A stretch of DNA of 64,000 bases from Bdellovibrionales bacterium (lineage in GTDB: Bacteria; Bdellovibrionota; Bdellovibrionia; Bdellovibrionales; UBA1609), in assembly GCA_965205945.1 (NCBI GenBank), contig CBDBIB010000001.1, positions 512,001-576,000 on the forward strand. The letters run 5' to 3'. The notes under the pieces are model-generated. The model did no database searches and was not told where the DNA came from. It saw nothing but the letters and a program-made list of their open reading frames with translations. Positions 58,764 through 64,000 of the stretch are shown piece after piece (positions within the stretch are counted from its first letter, which is position 1; the number at the start of each line of letters is the position of its first letter). Made by a program: the position numbers and the translations under genes.

Positions 58764-59553
58764 TCTTAGCTCCTAAACTACCACCAATATAATTAACGGC
58801 CTCTCTTGGCGGCATTAATGAGTTTATTGTGTCCTGAATAACTACTAAAGAGGCCCCATTTTTAACCAAAAGAGCCGTTTCCATAATCAACTGACGCATT
58901 TTAAAACTTTTCTTAGCTCCAATTTCTAAATTGTCTGAAATTGGACTAAAAATAAAATTTGAAATCATTAAACCATAAAGTGTTGTTGTTAAGGCAATAG
59001 CCATATACTGGCCCATTTCACCCATATTAATAGATTCACCCCCTATTGATGACATTAAAGCAATCAAACCGACAACAGTACCAACCATCCCAAAGGCAGG
59101 GGGATACTTTGACATTGATTTGATAATTCCTACTTCATACTTTTCATTATCAAATGTAGACATAATCCTTTGCTCAAGCATTTCTTTTATCTCTTGATCA
59201 TTATAGCCATCATTAATAAGAACTAAACAATCATTTAAAAAAGGATGTACAGTACCTATTGCGTCTGTAGGGGCCCCTTTAAATAAAGACATCTCTGCAA
59301 ACTTCATAAGATCCATACCCATTTTATGAAAACTCTTATCTTTTCTTAAAAAGATTTTCCCTATTACTGATATAACCCTTGTAACATCTGTCATAGAGTA
59401 AGAAAGAAGTACTGCTGAGATAGTCCCTCCTATAACAATTCCTAAACCTAATATATTAACAAAAAATTTTACATCCACACCAGATGTTAAAAATGTCATT
59501 GTCGCCACTGACAAAGCTAAACCTGCACCTATAATTGCGGATATTTTTCTCAT
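58753..59553 (-). CDS. MotA/PomA-family stator subunit
   Basis: IVIGGT, PAFGMVGTVVGLI, MAIALTTTLYG, N..F.P; four TM helices. Confidence 0.93.
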   Translation of the reverse strand: MRKISAIIGAGLALSVATMTFLTSGVDVKFFVNILGLGIVIGGTISAVLLSYSMTDVTRVISVIGKIFLRKDKSFHKMGMDLMKFAEMSLFKGAPTDAIGTVHPFLNDCLVLINDGYNDQEIKEMLEQRIMSTFDNEKYEVGIIKSMSKYPPAFGMVGTVVGLIALMSSIGGESINMGEMGQYMAIALTTTLYGLMISNFIFSPISDNLEIGAKKSFKMRQLIMETALLVKNGASLVVIQDTINSLMPPREAVNYIGGSLGAKSAA

Positions 59554-59556
59554 TTC

Positions 59557-60195
59557 CTATCTCCCTATTTCTTTTTCTAACTGCTCAATAACTGATTTAA
59601 TTTCATAATTTTTAGAATATAAACTAAAGGATCTCTTATAAGAGTTTAAAGCACTTTTCTTATTACCTTTTAAATAACTTAAATTTCCTTCTAAAAGACT
59701 CACCACAGCTCCAGGTGTTTTTAGTCTCTTTAAATTTATAACTTCTGCTCCAGCTTTACTAAACTCACCCCGTAAAAGCTGCTTTTGAAACGCTAGGACA
59801 CTTAAAATTTGAGAGGTGTTTAAATTCTGCATTTTTTCAACCATTTTTTCTTCAACTTCTAACGGAAGAAGCTTCTCTTTTCTTTTAAGCTTTACATTTA
59901 ACTCTCCTTGTTTCCAATCAGAAGGAAGAATCATTTGGTAATCCTCATATTTATCCGAAATAAATTTTAAATAAATAAAATCACCTTTTGCAATCTGTGT
60001 AAAATTCACTTCTAAGGGAGTTCTTCCTATTGAATTACCCAGGTCATGACTCCCATCTCCAAGAATGACCTCAGCTCCAGGGTTAGAGTTTATTTTAATA
60101 ACTTTACCCTTTTTAGGTAAGACTCCACACCCCACAAGGCTTAATATAAATACAGCACTTAAAATTTGAAACAATATTTTCTTATCTATATACAT
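59557..60195 (-). CDS. Lipoprotein with PEGA-like domain and C-terminal TPR
   Basis: Lipobox LVGC; INSNPGAEV...IGRTPL; LEGNLSYLKG...ALNSYKRS. Confidence 0.75.
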   Translation of the reverse strand: MYIDKKILFQILSAVFILSLVGCGVLPKKGKVIKINSNPGAEVILGDGSHDLGNSIGRTPLEVNFTQIAKGDFIYLKFISDKYEDYQMILPSDWKQGELNVKLKRKEKLLPLEVEEKMVEKMQNLNTSQILSVLAFQKQLLRGEFSKAGAEVINLKRLKTPGAVVSLLEGNLSYLKGNKKSALNSYKRSFSLYSKNYEIKSVIEQLEKEIGR

Positions 60196-60217
60196 TTTTA
60201 AAACTCCATTAATAAAC

Positions 60218-60245
60218 TTATCGTCTCAATACATAATCACCTTTA
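60218..60245 (-). promoter_or_regulatory. Possible sigma28 promoter of the lipoprotein-motA-motB operon
   Basis: TAAAG-N15-GACGATAA followed by GGAG and ATG. Confidence 0.45.
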
Positions 60246-60405
60246 CAAAACTCTTATTAAACTGGATTAAAGAATGGCCTTTGATCAAAATCAATTTTCA
60301 ATTCTTAGCTTTAAATAAAACTAAGCCTACATAATTCTACCTAAAAGGTATTAATACCAAAAAAAAGTCTAGGCCTATAAAACTAATTACATAGCAGCTA
60401 CGTAA

Positions 60406-63400
60406 TTAGTTTATAAACCTTAGTTGAGGATATCCATTAACAGGAACAATCCAAATTGTTATAAAATCCCAGCCTGTATAAATTGAATTGTCATAATCTT
60501 GCATTTCCATAGTCGTATGGCCTGAAACACTGCTGCCTATTGTAATAGAGCCATTACCAGTTGCAAATGCTTTAGTTGAAACCTCTTTATCCCAAAAAGA
60601 ATTATTAATTGTATAAAAATTCCCATCCGACTTACCCAAAACACCACCACGATTAGTTGGACCACCTAAAACAGCTGAGGCTGAATAACAATTGTTAATA
60701 ATAATCGAACCCCCTATAAAATCATAACCACCAATAAGACCACCTGCTTGAGACCCTGCATAAACAGCTCCTAATGAGTAACAGTTTAAGATGTTCACAC
60801 TAGAGCCAGAACTTGCATTGATTTTACCTACTAACCCACCATACTGTAGGTTTTGGACAGCAAAATTTGTTCCCACCTGTGAAGTTGAAAAAACTTCAGA
60901 AATACTAAGCGTAGAATTAGACGCTCCATCAATAGAACCAATTAAGCCACCAACACCGCTAAATGACGTATCCACCAAACCTTTAGAATATGATTTTGAA
61001 ATTAACGATGTCTCTAATTCACCAACAGAAACCTTACCTATGAGTCCACCAACCTCACTACCTCCAGAAACTAAACCTCCAGTTGCGTAAGAATTACTAA
61101 GTGTAGAATTTAACATCTCACCAATTAGTCCACCTGATGAATTCATAACATTATGATTTGCTGTAGAATATACATTTGAAATACTTGCATTACTTGCATA
61201 ACCGATGACTCCACCAGCTCTCCTTCCTGTAGAAGTAACCGGTATTTTTGAATATACATTTATAACTGTACCCTCTAAGGTTCCAGCAATACCACCAACA
61301 TTATCTACTGCTAAAACAGCTCCATTTTCTGTATATGAATTTGTAATTGATGCTCCAGATTTAACTTCACCAACTAATCCACCTGCAGTATTGCCAGTTG
61401 CCTGAACTACAGCTCTTGAAAAAGAGCTCTTAAGTTGTTTATTTTCTCCTAGGTTTCCAAACAATCCACCAATATTATTCGTACCCGTAACCATTCCTTC
61501 AGAATAAATTGAACTAAAAACCCCTCCTAAATTAGGCCCCGATAATCCAACAATACCCCCTCCGTACCCAGTAAGGCCACTTGCAGTAACCGTTCCAATA
61601 AAATAAGATTCTGTTACTTCAAAATTTAGATGTTCACCTGACTTTCTTCCAATCAAGCCACCAACATAATCCTCTGCCGTAATATTACCTGTAACAAAAA
61701 CATTTGAAATAAGACCTGTTTTGTTATTTCCACCTTCAGCCACACCAATAATACCACCAACTGATTGAGTAGCCGTAATATCAACATTAACAAGTCCTAA
61801 ATTAGAGACTTGAAAATCTCCAATTACATGACCCAAGAATCCAACATTAAATTGAGCATTGTTATACGTCCAATTTAAAATAATATGCCCATCCCCATCA
61901 AAGTTTCCTGAAAATTTTTGAGTTGTATTTCCCAGAGGATCAAAACTAATATTCATTAAATCAATATTTTTGCCAAGTTTATAGTACTTTCCTGAATCTG
62001 AATTCTGCCTAACATTAGCTAAATGTGTTTCATCACAAATAATATAAGGATCAGCTATACTTTCCCCTGAACCTGCAGCAAAATGTGTATCCCAAGAATT
62101 CGTATCTTCGCACAATGTTGGACTAAAACTATAGGTATATCCATTTGACAAGGTATCTTCTGATTTAACTATATTTCCTAAGAAGGCCGGATTGTTAACC
62201 TTAGTTCTAACCCTAACCTCAACACCACCCGGAGCTTGAGCTTGCGGCGTTATACAAGTCAATGCTTTTTCACTAAGCACATTAACATTGGTACAGGTTT
62301 TACCAGAAATAAGAACCTCAGTATCTTCTCCCACGCCGTTATCATTATCTGAGCTAAACCCTGTTCCATAAACAACAATAAGTTGGTTACCTTGAACAGG
62401 TCCAGCCGTTCCTTTAACGCTTGTAATCGTTAAGATGTTATTAATATCTACGGTAACATTTGCTCTAGACTCATTTCCTTGCTCATCTCTTACTATCAGT
62501 AAATAGTTAATTTTTCTATTTAAATCTGGAGGACCGCTTAGTGGATCCAAATTTAAAGCGTTAGCTGTTGAGATTGTTCCGTTAGTAATTAATGTTGATC
62601 CAAGCCCTCTATAAACAACTTCATCTGTATTTGCTGCAAGGTCCCCCATCTCTGAAACCCTTCTTCTAATTTCAACTTGTAAATCTGCATTATCTGAAGT
62701 GTTATCACTCATCTCCCACTCTAACTCCCACACTTTTGATTTAATAGTTTTTGTAGAAACTAAATTTATAATACTAGGGGGTGTTACGTCAGGAACATTA
62801 AGGTTTCTAGTCAACTGATCACACGTGGTATTGTTTGAGGCATCCTTTGCACAAACAGTATAGTAATATATTTGTGCCTCAATAAGACCACTGTCTTGAA
62901 AAGATAGCATTGTAGTTGATGTTTTTAAATTCCCACTTGGCCTAGATGGATTTAAAAAGTCAAAAGGAGCATTGTTGCTATAAATCTCATATCTAATTTC
63001 AGCTCCAGGCTCTGATGCGTACTGATTATCTATAGCAGAATCCCAAGATAAAACAAACGTTGGCGAAGCTCCAATAGTTAACTTAGAATCAAATATGGGA
63101 GCTGTACTATCAATAGTTCTTTTATCTGAATAGTTACTTACAGGATCTAAATACAGTGTTTCATTATTAACATTATCATATGCTCTTACGTGAAGTCTAT
63201 ACGTTCTATAAGAATCTAATCCATTTACTGTACATTGAGTAATGTTATCCGAACAACCATAGTCAGCACAAGGACATGTCCTCATTAAGGTTAATACATT
63301 AGTTAAAGGATCCACTTGATACACTCTAAACCCTCTATAATCTGTCCAATCTGCTGGTGCATTCCATTTAACCGTAAATTCACCTTCTCTAGGTGTTAAA

Positions 63401-64000
63401 ATTTCTGAAGGTCCTTTAATACCAATAAAATTAGGAGGAGGTGTCACGTCAAAAACTGTTGTCGATCTAAAAACCCCTGTTGTTGAGCAATTCTGTACAC
63501 CAAATGGGGACTCTGTCATGTCACATGCTTCTACTAAAGCATAAACATCATCATTATCTAAAATTGAAAATTCAGTATTGGAAATTGATGCACCCGTTGA
63601 CGACACTGCATGGCTTTTTAATAAAACTACAGGGTTTTGAGGAAGTTCGGATTGATTTGCCCATAATGTTATTTTATACTCTTTAATATCAGAAGCCGTG
63701 CTTGCATTCCATGAAAGGTCTAAAAATTGGCTCTGATCATTAAAAGCTATTCCTTGAATACCAATAAAATCTGGAGGCGTGATGTCTAATGTGTTTAGTT
63801 GTAATGAATTGTTATTTGTTGAAATATTCCCTGCTAAATCAACAACCTTAATACATACGGAATGATATAATTTTTCACTTAAACCTATTAAATCAAAATT
63901 TACGACTGCTTGAGCCGTATAGTTTGAAACATTAAGCTCTTCTTGTTGTACTCCAGAGACACACGAATTACTTGTAATCGGAGATGGACTAGATAATAAA
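60406..64000 (-). CDS. Giant surface protein (FN3-like repeats, IPT/TIG domain, GLUG beta-helix); 5' end lies beyond the window
   Basis: Frame is open from 63999 with no stop (LLSSPSP...VDLAGN...DITPPDF); D.TPP.F and RAYD..N FN3 motifs; GP.QG...G.GF IPT; many VGGL.G GLUG repeats; ends WDF..IW....GYPQL. Confidence 0.88.
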   Translation of the reverse strand, partial: LLSSPSPITSNSCVSGVQQEELNVSNYTAQAVVNFDLIGLSEKLYHSVCIKVVDLAGNISTNNNSLQLNTLDITPPDFIGIQGIAFNDQSQFLDLSWNASTASDIKEYKITLWANQSELPQNPVVLLKSHAVSSTGASISNTEFSILDNDDVYALVEACDMTESPFGVQNCSTTGVFRSTTVFDVTPPPNFIGIKGPSEILTPREGEFTVKWNAPADWTDYRGFRVYQVDPLTNVLTLMRTCPCADYGCSDNITQCTVNGLDSYRTYRLHVRAYDNVNNETLYLDPVSNYSDKRTIDSTAPIFDSKLTIGASPTFVLSWDSAIDNQYASEPGAEIRYEIYSNNAPFDFLNPSRPSGNLKTSTTMLSFQDSGLIEAQIYYYTVCAKDASNNTTCDQLTRNLNVPDVTPPSIINLVSTKTIKSKVWELEWEMSDNTSDNADLQVEIRRRVSEMGDLAANTDEVVYRGLGSTLITNGTISTANALNLDPLSGPPDLNRKINYLLIVRDEQGNESRANVTVDINNILTITSVKGTAGPVQGNQLIVVYGTGFSSDNDNGVGEDTEVLISGKTCTNVNVLSEKALTCITPQAQAPGGVEVRVRTKVNNPAFLGNIVKSEDTLSNGYTYSFSPTLCEDTNSWDTHFAAGSGESIADPYIICDETHLANVRQNSDSGKYYKLGKNIDLMNISFDPLGNTTQKFSGNFDGDGHIILNWTYNNAQFNVGFLGHVIGDFQVSNLGLVNVDITATQSVGGIIGVAEGGNNKTGLISNVFVTGNITAEDYVGGLIGRKSGEHLNFEVTESYFIGTVTASGLTGYGGGIVGLSGPNLGGVFSSIYSEGMVTGTNNIGGLFGNLGENKQLKSSFSRAVVQATGNTAGGLVGEVKSGASITNSYTENGAVLAVDNVGGIAGTLEGTVINVYSKIPVTSTGRRAGGVIGYASNASISNVYSTANHNVMNSSGGLIGEMLNSTLSNSYATGGLVSGGSEVGGLIGKVSVGELETSLISKSYSKGLVDTSFSGVGGLIGSIDGASNSTLSISEVFSTSQVGTNFAVQNLQYGGLVGKINASSGSSVNILNCYSLGAVYAGSQAGGLIGGYDFIGGSIIINNCYSASAVLGGPTNRGGVLGKSDGNFYTINNSFWDKEVSTKAFATGNGSITIGSSVSGHTTMEMQDYDNSIYTGWDFITIWIVPVNGYPQLRFIN

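Noticed and set aside
58008..59553. Zorya (ZorAB) defence system or ExbBD/TolQR/AglRQS interpretation
   Set aside because: The A subunit is a 266-aa 4-TM MotA without the long ZorA tail and no zorC/D/E is adjacent; the B subunit has an OmpA-like domain, unlike ExbD/TolR

Overview
AT-rich bacterial chromosomal window whose gene content points to a Bdellovibrionota (predatory Bdellovibrio/Bacteriovorax-like) organism. This assignment is an inference from a MAT-type fibre adhesin, a CFI-box-CTERM protein and sigma28-like promoters. Most of the window is housekeeping: ruvA/ruvC, fadE, truA-rplM-rpsI, aceE-like, trxB, trmB, ggt, leuS, speA, orn, ahcY, dus. I recognised no rRNA, tRNA, CRISPR array, integrase or transposase. 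Two loci stand out. (1) 55.8-64 kb: a tightly coupled minus-strand cluster with no flagellar genes, reading giant FN3/IPT/GLUG surface protein - PEGA/TPR lipoprotein - MotA-like - MotB-like - 560-aa membrane protein - outer-membrane barrel. By eye the 560-aa protein looks like a FliF-ring-domain/FliG fusion, making the cluster a candidate flagellum-independent rotary motor. (2) 38.8-47.7 kb: a nitrogen cluster amt - RsbW - RsbV - sensor RsbU - animal-type ankyrin glutaminase - glutamine synthetase III, in which a partner-switching module sits where GlnK normally would. Also seen: recent in-frame intragenic duplications in two secreted proteins, a convergent inverted repeat carrying sigma28-like -10/SD/ATG, a 150-nt rod-like RNA candidate, and an orphan TAXI solute-binding gene. 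All family calls come from manual motif recognition, not database searches.
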